A stretch of 64,000 bases of DNA, taken from contig OX597820.1 of NCBI GenBank assembly GCA_951406725.2, positions 23,870,001 to 23,934,000 of the forward strand, in the 5' to 3' direction. Positions within the stretch are counted from its first letter, which is position 1; every line of letters begins with the position of its first letter. The DNA comes from Octopus vulgaris (Eukaryota). A model generated the notes under the pieces. The model searched no databases. It saw only the letters and a list, made by a program, of their open reading frames with translations, and was not told the DNA's origin. Below are positions 11,705 to 24,059 of the stretch, one piece after another. Made by a program: the position numbers and the translations under genes.

Positions 11705-12509
11705 TATATACCCTCTTTGGCCTTATGTAAGTACATATTCCTGTAAATTTGGTACGACTCTATACATTGTCTCTCTCTCCTACATTTCTCTGCCTTTCAC
11801 ACTTTGCACTCTACTTTGATCTGTCTCTTTCTCTCTCTCTCTACTTCTCCTTTTCTCTTTTCTTGCCTCTAATTCTTTAGTCTACTCTTCCCTCATCCTC
11901 TCACATTTCTCTGTCTCACTGATTCTGTCCCCAGCCAATCCTTGGTACGCACTCTTTCTTCTCCCCTCTTTAATTCCTTCTTTCTCTTCTCCCCCCTTTG
12001 TTGCCTTCGTCCCTCTTTTTCTCTCTCTCTTTGTTTCCTTTGCCCCCTTTCTTTTCTCTCTCTTCTCTCACGTGACCGCTGGTCAAACCAGTCTTTTGGC
12101 CTCCGACCACTGCCGTGAGAACATCGTTGTCTTCGTCTGCCGATAAAGGCATTTTTTCCAAAATACGCCAGCTAAACTAAGTTGTATTGTTTATTAGTCG
12201 TAAGACACCCGCTGTTTTTGTCTTGTTTTTACCATTATTGTTTTTTGTATTTTATATTCGTGTGGCATCGTCCGTTTTTCTGTCCCTGTTTCGTATACAT
12301 TCGATCCTTCTTCCAAGAAATCTAATGCTCGTAGCTTAGTTTTTCCTTGGGGCTGGCCGGATCGGAGCGATCTCAAGATTAATCAGCCGAAATTGCTAGG
12401 ATGATCCGGTTCTTGACTGAAGATTGAAGGCTTCGCGTGTCCCGTCAGCGTTTTTTGTATCGTCTTCTAAATGTTTTACGTTCTTGTCCCAGTTTGTATT
12501 TTTCTACAT

Positions 12510-12510
<1 letters not shown>
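11705..12510 (+). mobile_element. Penelope-like non-coding terminal-repeat remnant
   Basis: Bounded by (TA)n and (CA)n; degenerate hammerhead-like segments at about 12133-12206 (GTCT..GATAAAGG..CCAAAATACG..CGTAAGAC) and 12415-12445. Confidence 0.4.
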
Positions 12511-12574
<64 letters not shown>

Positions 12575-12898
12575 GTGAAGGCGCGTGGCTTAGTGGTTGG
12601 GGCATTCGGCTCACGATTGTAAGGTCGTGAGTTCAATTCCCGGCGTTGTATCCTTGTGCAAGACACTTTATTTCACGTTGCTCCAGTCCACTCAGCTGGC
12701 AAAAATGAGTTGTACCTGTATTTCAAAAGGCCGACCTTGTCACATTCTGCGTCACGCTGAATCTCCCCGAGAACTACGTTAAGGGTACGTTAAGCGTTTG
12801 TGTTGTGCTCAGCCACTTGCACGTTAATTTCACGAGCTAGCTGTTTCGTAGATCGTATCAGCTGGGACCCTCGTCGTCGTAACCGACGGAGTGCTCCT
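12575..12898 (+). mobile_element. tRNA(Arg)-head CORE-type SINE (family B)
   Basis: GGCGCGTGGCTTAGTGGTT...CTCACGAT...GAGTTCAATTCCC head and GCAAGACACTTTATTTCACGTTGCTCCAGTCCACTCAGCTG core. Confidence 0.85.
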
Positions 12899-12926
12899 TT
12901 ATACATACATACATACATACATACAC

Positions 12927-13007
<81 letters not shown>

Positions 13008-13135
13008 GTTCTGCTTAAAGAATGTACTGCAAATGCAATATTCTTACATATCTGACGTCTGTTTTCATTCCTCCACGTCACTCTGTATTTCATATCTTCT
13101 CTATAGTAACTATTACTCAAAAATTTTCTCGCACC

Positions 13136-13183
13136 GTCTCTGATAAAGGGATATATAAAATATTCCGGAAACAGCTGTAAGAC
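13136..13183 (+). ncRNA. Type I hammerhead ribozyme motif, one core mutation (Penelope-like)
   Basis: GTCT-CTGATAA-stem II(AGGGATAT..ATATTCC)-GAAAC-AGCT-GTA-AGAC; stem I GTCT/AGAC; palindromic loop III. Confidence 0.6.
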
Positions 13184-13254
13184 CTTCTCTTTATAAATGT
13201 TCTGAAAGCTATTCACAGCCTTGGATTTTTTTAATCTCATTCTGTTAATTTATA

Positions 13255-16200
13255 TATATGAGTCTCCCCCAGGATATCGTCTGACATGAATTCTACTAAC
13301 CCGCTATAGAAGTCCGCAGTGGAACTCCAGCCACCAGTACTGCCCGCCCGGGAGAATAGCGCAAGTGCCTGTCGGCACTCTAGCTGCCAATCACTCAGTC
13401 TGGGCCTCCGCTTGATTCAAGGACCTAACTCCCGAAGAGAGTTCAGTTGCGGTAAGAAAAATTTTACGAGCGGTGACCACACTTGCTCACAATTCACGTA
13501 GAGTCAGCGATGCTTAAACCGAAGCGCAAACTTGCGCATCTTCAGTCACGGCATCCCTATCCCACCTTTTAACGGCTTTTGGCAGCAGATAGAGCGCCTT
13601 ACAAGTGGTGCCCTTTTCTACAAAAAGCGGAAGAGGAGACGCTGCAACTTGCTCAACACGAATCGGGGCAAGGCACGACGGTCAGGCGGTAAGTGATAAC
13701 AAATGCTATGTACATCTGCGCCACCTCCTTTCTCCATAGCAGCAATAACGTCCTTCCAGACCAAATCTGGGTTAGGACAGTTACCTTGATTGTGATCTCA
13801 CTCCAATTCTTCTTTACCTGGAGATCCGGACCAAATCAGATCCCTAGCATCTTAACCGGACCTTCCGTCCAACGTCCCACGACGTTATTGGACGGTATCG
13901 ACTTGCCCGTCCAGGTGCTGAGTTGCAAGTCGGATGACTTATCTAGTCAATTTTTGTTTCTGCCACCACTTCGTATCTTCATATGGCGTTTTCTGTACAA
14001 GGTAGTTGCCCTTCATCCAACACGATGATGGTGGTGTTATCCGCGTACGCGGTCGCAGTTCTTCCACTACTTAGATCACGCGAAATGCCCCCTAAAGCCT
14101 CCAACCTTCGCAGTAATAGCTTAAGAGCCAACACATACAAAAGCAGAGACAGGAGCCATCCCTGGCAAACAGAGCACTTAATGTCGAACGGTTTCGAAAA
14201 GAAACCGTTCACCCGGATGATAGGCTCAATATTGCTGTACAAAGCAGCGATCCAGCCCCGAAAAGTCGGGTCCAGCCAGGGCGCCCTGAGAACCGCCGCC
14301 AGGTACCGATGGTCGACTCCATCGAATGCTTTAGACTGGTCTAAATGTACCAGTGCCCCACATTTGCCAGAAATTTTACCCACTCGCTCTAAGGTATAGC
14401 ATATGAGCTGGAGATTGTCATGTATCGTTCTGCCGGAGATGGCGCATGTTTGCGCCTCCCCAACAAGGCTGCCTACGACCCGCGCCAATCTCTTTGTTAG
14501 CACCGTGTTTAACAGAGTTATGGGCCTAAAGTTACTAATAATGTTCCCCTTCGGGTACTTTCTGATCAGCGACACCACTTCCTATTTTGTTGCCAGTTGG
14601 CATAGACGCTGGCCAGTAGGTGCCTGAACAAGTCTGGCATACTTTTGAAAAACTCATATTGCAGACCATCAAGTCCCGACGACTTTTCTCTAGGGCACTC
14701 GCACAGTACTTCCATGACTTCTTTAGCCGTGATCGGTCCTTCACAGCACTTATTCTCTCGTACCGAGAGACGCAGGCCACCAGACAGGAAGTCCCTCTCT
14801 CCTCCCGGACAACTCGGCAAAGTACTTGTAAAAGACCTCACACATCTCATCTTGTCCTTCGATCTAACACTCCTGTTCATCGACCAAAGATCCAATTGTG
14901 ACATTATTGCAATGCTGGGTCTCTACCGTACGGGCCCACCCGGCAACGTTAATTCCCTCGCGGTCTAATGCACGTATTTTAACCCGAATTCTACATCCTT
15001 TGTGTTTGGCTTTGAGGTGTCGACCCAAGGCCGATCTCGCTGTCAAAACTTGGGATGCAGAGTCCAACCTTAACGTCTCTTGTAAGTCCTTAACTAGATC
15101 CCTTTCTACTCTAGTCTTATCTGAAATTAGCTTCTGGCTAATCTAATCGACTCAAGTCGAATGGCTCTTTTGAGGGCAAACCACCACCTGTTATTCAACA
15201 CGGTGCCGGTTAATGCCCTCATGATTAACTCCTTAATCCGACTACGGTATGCCTTACATGACAAAATGGTTTTGCTTATTTTCCAGTAGCCAGATCCCTG
15301 TTTACTTACTCTATGTTCATCCTACACGTCACTAGCTTGTGATCCGTGTAGGAGACCAGAAAAAAACTGTGGACAATTAAAGCTAGACTTATCTCTAGTA
15401 CGAACTATTATTCTATCTAAATAAAACCTGAACGACCCGTTGCCATTATTCCAGGTCAATACTGGGACTCTCAGGTGATCAAGTCTATAACGATCTGCCA
15501 GCTGAAACCGTTTAAGTGGATCGGTAAGGCGTAAGTTTTTCTTCCTGTTAATTGAGCCAACACAATCCTGTCATGCATCCACGATAGCGTTAAAATCTCC
15601 TAACACCATGAGTGTCTTCGATGTCCGAAGAAAATTCTCTAGGTGTCGATAAAAATCAATATGTTTGTTTTTAAGACTCGGCGCATAAACGCCAATCAAC
15701 CTGAAGGCCTTATCTCTGTACTTCAAGTCGAGAACGACCAGCCCACTTTCTGGGCTTACAAGGATTGTACTTGTCTGCAGAGCCAAGCTTTTTCGGAGCA
15801 AGATTACTACCCCTCCTCGGCTCCCGGTTTTGCTAGGAGACATAATTTTCTAATAGTCATTCAGGAGAGCCGAGAAAGCCTGTAGTCTGTCCAGCTTTTT
15901 CTTTGTAGCAACCATCACATCTATGCTATGTGACCTGAGGTCGTTGCAGAAACAAGTCTGTTTCCACTTCGAACTCAGGCCACGCATATTAAAACATCCA
16001 AACGCAAAAAGAGGGTCAGGGACTTACCTGTTTTTAACAGGCGAAGGAACGATCACTCTTAGTGCTATAGAACTCCCCTCCTCCCTCTTCTTCTCTCTTT
16101 CCTTGTCGGTTTCCGGCATCTCACTTAATCTGTGGATTTCCCTCGGTCTTCTATCTTTAAGTTGACTGAATAGTTTCTCTTCTATGCGGGCGTAGTTTAC

Positions 16201-17808
16201 CTCTTTCAAAAGTGTTAATTGATGTTTGTTTACTATTTAGTGTATGTAACTACCTTTGACATCATACTTGATAAACACTGTTCTGTCTGCGGGGGTCGTG
16301 TGGGTAAAGGTGTGGGGTTTAAAGTTATTTTGGTGTGTGATACTGCGTTTTTTTGTTGGGGTTGTGGGTTGGGAGGGAGTTGGGGACACAATATTTCTCT
16401 TCCCCCGTTTCCGGAGGATGACTTGAAATTCCACATCCTGTTCGACGATCTCCATGTCGTCGCTAGGAGGGGGAATTTTTTCCGCATTCCCTGACACTGC
16501 ATTCGATTTTTCCTGCTTCTTTGTTGATTTTTCTTGTTCCTTCGCTGTTTTTTTTTCATTAGTTTTTACTGATCTTTTCTTCTTTTTCTTCTTAATTTCT
16601 TGACTGGGGGTGGGGTGGGGGCGTGCCCCATGTTTGAAGGGTCACATTCTGTGCGCATATGGCCCTTCTGTCCACACTTGAAACAGCATGGCTTCCTCCC
16701 CCCACTTGCACCATAAAGACAACGTCTTCTATTAGCATTCTATCCGGAATTTGTTCGAGATTCGCCGGTGCCGCCTGAATTAATATTTCTTTAGTCTGCC
16801 CTAGCCAATTTTTTTTTTTGGGGGGGGGAGGCAGAGGGGGGTAATCTGTAGCATGGAAATTTTATCTTTCCTTGAGTATTAGAGGGCATCCACCACCCAG
16901 TCGGCGTCAATTTTTCCGGTGGTACTTCTTGTATCTTGATCCGAGTCGTTCTGCGTCCCAATTATGAAGGCAGAAGTACCACCTCTTTTGTTTTTAGTGT
17001 AAGCACTGAGTGCTCCGTCGCTTTTTCCGCTGTCTGAAATCTAACCTCAATTGAGGCGAACTTCCTGCCTCGGGCCACATACGCCACATCCTTCCAAACT
17101 GGTTCGAGGCATTTCTCAGTTTTTTTCTTTTGGAACGTTAGCAATTTTTTTGCTCTCCGCATCATATGTTTTGTTTATGATGGATTTATTTTTGGTTTCT
17201 GTCGTAATATCACTTGGCGGGGACGATTCGAACATCGCTGTCGTCCAAGGACAACATGCCGTAGAACGTTTGATATTCCGAACGCGTTATCTCGAGACTT
17301 TCCTTGTAAATCGCAGTTGCCGCAGCAAAATTTTTCACACTATCATTCATTTGGTTACTTGCATTAATTTCTTCAAGAGTCATTCATTCTTTTATAATTT
17401 CCACGTTTAGATTTGCCATTTTTTCCGAAGAAAAAAAAAACACATGTTCTATAATTGAATTTTTCACAAAGGAGAAAAAGAAGAATTTTTAAAAATGAAT
17501 TTCTCACAAAGGAGAAAAAGATTTTTTTTTAAAAACTACTCGCGGATGAGAATTCAAACGTTCGTGTCCCTTCCCCAGAGGGTGAAGGATACAGTTTACA
17601 AAACAAAAAACTTTCAACAAGTTGCAATCAAAAAACAACGTTCAAATCTTTTCCCCGTAGGGGAAAGCATAGAATTTCAACAACGGCCTGCCAATCAGGT
17701 AACAACTTTCAACAAACAACAAACAGTAGCAATTCAACAATACTTTCATAAATCCAAATTCAAATAGTAACAGCACGGCACACTGCGATTGTCGACTCGA
17801 ACTAACAC
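13255..17808 (-). mobile_element. Degraded Tx1/L1-like LINE (ORF1 with zinc knuckle; ORF2 APE+RT), 3'-truncated
   Basis: ORF1 fragments include CFKCGQKGHMRTEC. EN motifs FNMRGL, IGVYAPS, VLGDFNAIVD. RT motifs NFRPITLLN, LDQSKAFDGVDH, SVCQGWLLS, AYADNTT. Many stops and frameshifts. Confidence 0.9.
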
Positions 17809-19708
17809 TTTTTCTCTAGCCACACAGGGCCAAACATAGAGGGGACAAACAAGGACAGACAATGTGGGGGAAAAATAGAAAAACGAATGAAAAAGGATGG
17901 AATTGAAAAATGAAAAATGAAATGAACGCCACTTGAGCTCACGACATGGCAGTTTCATTTACAACACATTAAATTGCTTTTTTTTCTGTTTTTCTTTTTG
18001 TCTGTTTTTCTTTTTTTCTCCTTCTAAAACATCATCTACACAGTCAAAATACTATGATAACAATTACAGTTCTATGTTGGATCCCATTATACGCAATTAC
18101 ATGCTCTTTTTTTCTTTTTCCTTTTTTTTGGTACACAATTACAAAATTCACTCATTACTGTGGTAATCACTGTTCAAGCTGAGTGAAAACTTCAAGGCTA
18201 CAACCATCTTTCGTTCCTATTATTTCTGGGTAAATTACGTTCAATTTTACCTTAGGCTGTAACGAGTTCAGGTCGACGTCTCTTCCCGTGTTGTAGACAA
18301 CTCTCTTGTACTTGTCTTTTAACTTGTGATAATTCTTCTTCAACATGAGGGAACATCTTACACCCGGGCGTAACCCCTCACAATCCTTCGTGTCCACCTC
18401 TATATCAGAGTTCACCATCTCAACTTCTTTTATCACTGAAACCTTTGCACTATTGTTTAAAACGATAAGGTACCTTTCTGTGGGTGGAGGATTGGGAATT
18501 TGTGGCTCTTGCATGATTGCATTATTTGTGTTCATGTCTGGTGGAGCTGGGAGAGGGCCAGTGTCTGCAGGGGGAGAGGGTTCGGTACTTGGAGTGGGAG
18601 GGGAGGGACGGGAATGGGTTGGGACACCTCCTCGCTGGTTTGCTGCTTTCCTCCTTTCCTCCGCCACCCGCCCACCTCTGTCCATTCTGCCGATCTTTCC
18701 TTTTGCACCCCCTGGTTCCTCTTTTCCATCCCTCTCAGTTCCCGATGTTATGACTGTGGGAGACGCGGTCTCCACTGGATCTTTTTTTGGTCCTTCTACG
18801 GGGGCAGGGGGAACACTTGGACCCCCCCATTACTTCCAACTATCCACAGTTGCAGCACCTCCGCCTCCTGCCCTCCACCACAACCCCAAGCCCCACCTCG
18901 TCTCCCACCGTTATGGTGTTGACCATTTCTTTCATGTCATCTTGGACAACCTGGATTATCATCTCCAGTGTCCGCCCAAGCCAGCTCCTCGCTGGTACCC
19001 TTGTCGCCTGTAGGATTGCAATCCCCTCCTCGAAGCCCATTAAAATTGCCGCCATTATCCAGCTTACGTCCACCTTCGGGGGTATTCCTTCCACCCTTAC
19101 CCTTGATGCACGTCTTCCCAGATAGAAAGGTAGAAGGACTACCTCGTCTCTCTTCATGGAAGTCGTGGAATGATACCTGGCTATCGCCTCGCTGGCAAAC
19201 CGCACTTCCACCGTCACGAACTTCGTCCCTCCGGCAAGGCAGGTAATGTCCCGCCAGATGGGTCTCAGTGCCCCCTCCATTTGTTCCCTTGCCATCATCT
19301 CCATTTTGTTGGGCTTATATGTTCTGTACGTGACACTTCCTTTCTTGATAAATCTTGTGTTGTCGCTGGGGGTGACGCCTTCACTTCGTGTCCCTGTCTC
19401 TTCAACACTTCTTTGCATTTTTGCATTTCCTCCCCGTTGATACAAATTTCCTCCTTCCTATCACCAGCCGCAGCTGCAAAGTCCATCTTCTTTTCCTCCG
19501 TTATTTTGTCAATCCTTTTCAGACCTCCTCTCAGGTCCTCCTCGGACTAGGTCATCGGGAACCAACCAAGACTCTCACAGTCCATCCTTGCTTTCACAGC
19601 ACTTTCCCCTTCAACCGAGAGAAAACGCAAACGGTACCGCCGCAAGGCAGCAAGAACAGAGTGTAGAAAAACACGAAACAAGAGAACAACGTTAATTCAA
19701 ACTAACAC
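17809..19708 (-). mobile_element. ORF1-only (HAL1-like) non-autonomous Tx1-type retrotransposon
   Basis: Disrupted ORF1 (about 19585-18167) is colinear with the neighbouring LINE ORF1 (EVRF..VVLLP.YLGRR..R, CxxCG knuckle, C-terminal VKLNVIYP vs IALRVIVP). It is followed by a ~350-nt U-rich 3' UTR and A-rich tail with no ORF2; AACTAACAC repeated at 17800 and 19700. Confidence 0.8.
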
Positions 19709-20003
19709 ACAAACTTCACCCCGACCGCTACTATTTATAATTGCTCGGTTCAGTCTATTTCTCGCAATAGGGGCGTCGTGACTCTCATCACAATACATAC
19801 ATACATACATACATACATGAGTATATCTAGACATGCAACTATATGCATGAGAATACATACATAAAACAAAATACACAAATCTGCACATATACATACAAAA
19901 ATACTCTGTTGATGTTGAAATACCAATGAAGGAGCCATGGATCTAGGTTAGAAACCGACCCTTTCTCTATTGGCAAGAAATCTTGAAATAAAACTGAATA
20001 ATG

Positions 20004-20045
<42 letters not shown>

Positions 20046-21316
20046 GTATGCAAAATTTAGGCTAGTTAAAGTATGTTTGTGACAAATTTCAACTGCTAAA
20101 AGGCAAATTCACTGCAATTACCGCAGAGAAAATATTTCACTTATGGTAAAAATGTGTAAAAACACCACATTTGTTCAGTGTTGCCATCTCTCAGGAATCC
20201 CAGACACCGATGTTTCAAGTTATTTGGCTCTTATCAATGAAATTTTGCCTCTCTTAGGTGTATCCCATTGATTAGTGCCAAGTAACTTGAAATATGCCTA
20301 AACACTGACATTTCGTTATGTGTCTGTCTGTTCAGACATATATATTCTGTTCAGAGTCAAAACTGTTGAAAAGGTTGCAAGACGCAACGAAAATTTTAGG
20401 AAAATAAAAATAAGAAAAAAGTGGAAATTTTACCGGTGAGTGTGTTAAATAATAAGGCACAAAAAGAAAATGACTCTCCCCAGACACAACAGAATATGCT
20501 TCAACACACGAACTCATATAAAGAATCTTGCAAACCAAATCCAAAAACGAAATATATATGTATATAATTTATATATATATATATACACACACGACGGGCA
20601 TCTTTCAGTTTATGTCTACCAAATCCACCTATAAGTATTTGGTATGCCTGGGGTTATAGTAGAAAACTCTTGCCCAAGGTGCCAAACAGTGAGATTGAAC
20701 CTGAAACCATATGGTTGAGAAACGAACTTAAAACAAAATCATACCTGTTCACAACACTTCTTTTTCTAGGGAAGATACAGTTGATTATATTGACTTAAAG
20801 AATGATAAATACATTTGATTTCAGTGGATGTGAACTGTATGTATCAAAGCACAGGAGGAAAAATATATCATCTTTATGCAAAAAATATCTTTATGCAAAA
20901 AAAACAAAAAACAAAAGCAAACAAACAAACAAACAAACCAGTATTTGCTTTTACAATTTCGGCTACAGTTCTGTGAAGTAGTAAATGTCAAGCCCATTCC
21001 TATTAATTTTGCAATAACACATGGCGACCACCGTTCTCCTACAACATACCCCGGAGACAGACCACATCACGATGACATTTTCAGACATCTGCTTATGATG
21101 TAGATTACGTTTTAGATATTAATCTCATATAATCTACCTTGGTTGTTACAGTGAGGTTGTTTTATCTCATTCTGTATGTCTTCTGTGCTATCAGGTATTT
21201 TGTTATTTTCTATTTTCGGATAGCAAAAACACTCCTCAACATGAGAGCTAAAATATCGGTCGTCATCTTCAAAATAGACTACTCTGGTTGTTTGCATAAG
21301 TGTCACGCTGAAGCTT

Positions 21317-21831
21317 GTGTTGTGACCTCCTTAGGTCATGAATGACTATGGCATTGCACCTAGAAAGTTACCCTACGAGGCACATGTCTGGGCAAGGTTG
21401 TTTATTGAAGACCAGCAGTCGCCCACGCATACCAGCTTCCCCTCTCCACGCCATCAGTGTTATCCAAGGGAAAGGCAAAGGCCGATACAGCTTGGTATCA
21501 GTGACGTCGCAGCTCATTTATTAACGTGCAAGTAGCTGAGCACTCCACAGACACGTGTACCCTTAAAGTAGTTTTCGGGGAGATTCAGCGTGACACAGAG
21601 TGTGACAAGGCTGGCCCTTTGAAATATAGATACAACAGAAACAGGAAGAAAGAATGAGAGAAAGTTGTGGTGAAAGAGTACAGCAGAGTTCGCAACCATC
21701 CCCTGCCAGAGCTTCGTGGAGATTTAGGTGTTTTCGCTCAATAAACACTCATAATGCCCGGTCTGGGATTCGAAACCGCGAACCCACGACCGCAAGTCCG
21801 CTGCCCTAACCACTGGGCCATTGCGCCTCCA
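21317..21831 (-). mobile_element. Composite SINE family B (long mosaic form)
   Basis: tRNA head at 21831-21760; 13-bp TSD CACGCTGAAGCTT (21304-21316, 21832-21844). Confidence 0.9.
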
Positions 21832-22404
21832 CACGCTGAAGCTTACTTACGAGATATCTATGCTCAATCTTCTGCTAATAATCAGAAGGTTTTCTTCGTA
21901 TGTTCTGTTGCTCTAGAAGCGTGCAACTTCCCAGGGCGTGTATCCTTGGTTATCATCCATCTCTCATATTGCTATTTAATTTATGTATACAGATTTGTTC
22001 CCTGAATGAACTTCGACACTTGTTGGTTAGTTAATGCTAACGAAAAGATATGATTAGACAAGCAAATGCTGTTTGAATCACTTTTAAACCTCTTCCGCCA
22101 TATTTTCGGTTTGAGAAAACGCATACTATCGATGTAGAAATTTATGGGAGTTTTTAAATAGTTTACAGGTTTTAATATCAACTGCTCGGATCTCATCTAG
22201 CGTCCAATCGACAGCCTAAGTATTGACAAGAGTACTGGAACAGTAAAAAAAAAATTGAAGGAGAGTTCTGAAGGCCAAATGGGTGTTATATTCTCTTGTT
22301 TTGCGTTCCGGGTTCCAAGTATTTGTCATAAAAGTCTTTCATGAATCCCTAGGTATTTGTAGCATTCCCCTTTAGATATCGAAGAAATAAGTAGTGGCTA
22401 GAGA

Positions 22405-22601
22405 TGTATGTATGTATGTATGTATGTATGTATGTATGTATGTATGTATGTATGTATGTATGTACCTGTCTGTCAGTCTATCCGTCTGTCCGTCCGCCCG
22501 TCTGTCTGTTTGTTTGTTCGTCTGTCTGTCCGTCCGTCCGTCCGTCCGTATGTCTGTCTATCCGTCCATCCGTCCTTCCGTCAATCTCTCTGTCTCTGTC
22601 A

Positions 22602-22691
<90 letters not shown>

Positions 22692-22765
22692 CTATCCACC
22701 TACTTACCAACCAACCGCCCAACCAGCCAACCAACCGCACAACCAACCAACCAACCAACCAACCT
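22405..22765. repeat. Compound tetranucleotide microsatellite
   Basis: (TATG)n, (TCTG/TCCG)n, (TC)n, (TATC)n, (CCAA)n. Confidence 0.95.
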
Positions 22766-23159
22766 TCTGCCTCGTTCTTATGTCTTCCCTGTCTCAAGCT
22801 CATCCTATATTGTTGTATCCGATATTATTTATGACATTTAACTCAAGCCAATCAACTTCAACAATACGAATTGTGTCCTGGTGTCATTCTGTCCTTTATC
22901 CGTTAATCCGATAGATATACTGCTGTAGAGAAACGTTTATCTCAGTAGATAACCGACGTCCCCCACCTTCTTCTGTGTCAATCGATATATTATTGTATGG
23001 AGTTGGAATTAATCTCTGTCGTAGAGACATAATTGATCTTATTAAGCTTGGAAAAGGCGGTGGCGTGTTTGGGTGTTTGAGTTCGGTTGGGTTTTAAGGG
23101 AAGGCTGGTGGTGGTGACCTAATGACCTAACTACACGATGTTGGTCAAGCACTAAACTT

Positions 23160-23194
<35 letters not shown>

Positions 23195-23365
23195 CACACA
23201 AGCACAAGCACACAGACATACAGACACACACACACACACGCGCGCATGCGTGCTGGGTGAGGATGGATGTGTGTGTATTTTTTATCTTCTACTTGCTTCA
23301 GTCATTTGACTGCGGCCATGGTGGGGCACCACCACAAAAGGTTTTAGTCAAACAAATCGATCCTC

Positions 23366-23429
<64 letters not shown>

Positions 23430-23449
23430 TAAATAAATAAGTAAATAAA

Positions 23450-23826
23450 TCTCTCTCTATATAAACGGCAGTTTGTCTGTGTGTGTTTCTGTGTGTCTGT
23501 TAGGTTGTACCTCACCCTGACCACGGCTTTCAACCGATTCTGATGAAACTTGACACACATAGCCCAATGTCATAATTCAAAACTAACGCAGCGAAAATTT
23601 TGAAAAGTTCCCCCAGTTCTGAAAAAATCGATAAATTCGACATGGGGTCGAGAATCAGAAACCCAAACCACAGACCGTCTAGGGGACGCAACTCCACCTT
23701 TTTTAACTCAAAAAATTTACCATCATTTTTTTTCCATTTTTTTGCTATTTTTTGGCTATAACTCTCTAAAAATGCTTTATAGTTATTTCCCTTACAAACC
23801 TGAGCAACGCCGGGCGATACTGCTAG
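23450..23826 (+). mobile_element. Non-autonomous Helitron
   Basis: A|TC 5' end, subterminal hairpin CCTGAGCAACGCCGGG, 3' CTAG|T, no TSD. Confidence 0.8.
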
Positions 23827-24059
23827 TAAATAAATAAATAAGTATATATATATACATACATATACATATATACATACAGAGGAGTCCATTGTAATCCATA
23901 GGCAAGAGAAGTGTAGCTGAAGTGTAGAAAGTCCAGTAGAAGTTGGTGGGTGATGAGAGAAGACAGGTAGAATCCGTAGAAGTTCGGGTGTGATGAGAGG
24001 AGACAGGATCAACTGGTGCTACCACGTGAGCATGTAATATATGGGGAAAATTCACAAAA

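Larger units (their letters stand above)
20960..23030 (-). mobile_element. Ancient R4/Dong-like LINE remnant interrupted by a SINE and microsatellites
   Basis: Frameshifted fragments ECYKYLGI, IWPSELS, DWTLDEIRAVDIKT, GGRGLK. Confidence 0.6.

Noticed and set aside
12575-12645. tRNA-Arg-like sequences (also 21760-21831, 31010-31082, 61778-61850)
   Set aside because: They are SINE heads followed by SINE bodies, without proper acceptor stems or terminators.
18345-19666. Several long plus-strand ORFs
   Set aside because: Antisense shadows of the GC-rich ORF1 of the retroelement.
22394-22914. Long ORFs such as [16 protein letters not shown], poly-L/I (also 26491-27906, 40238-40843, 42706-43453, 54639-55389)
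   Set aside because: Stop-free microsatellites, not genes.
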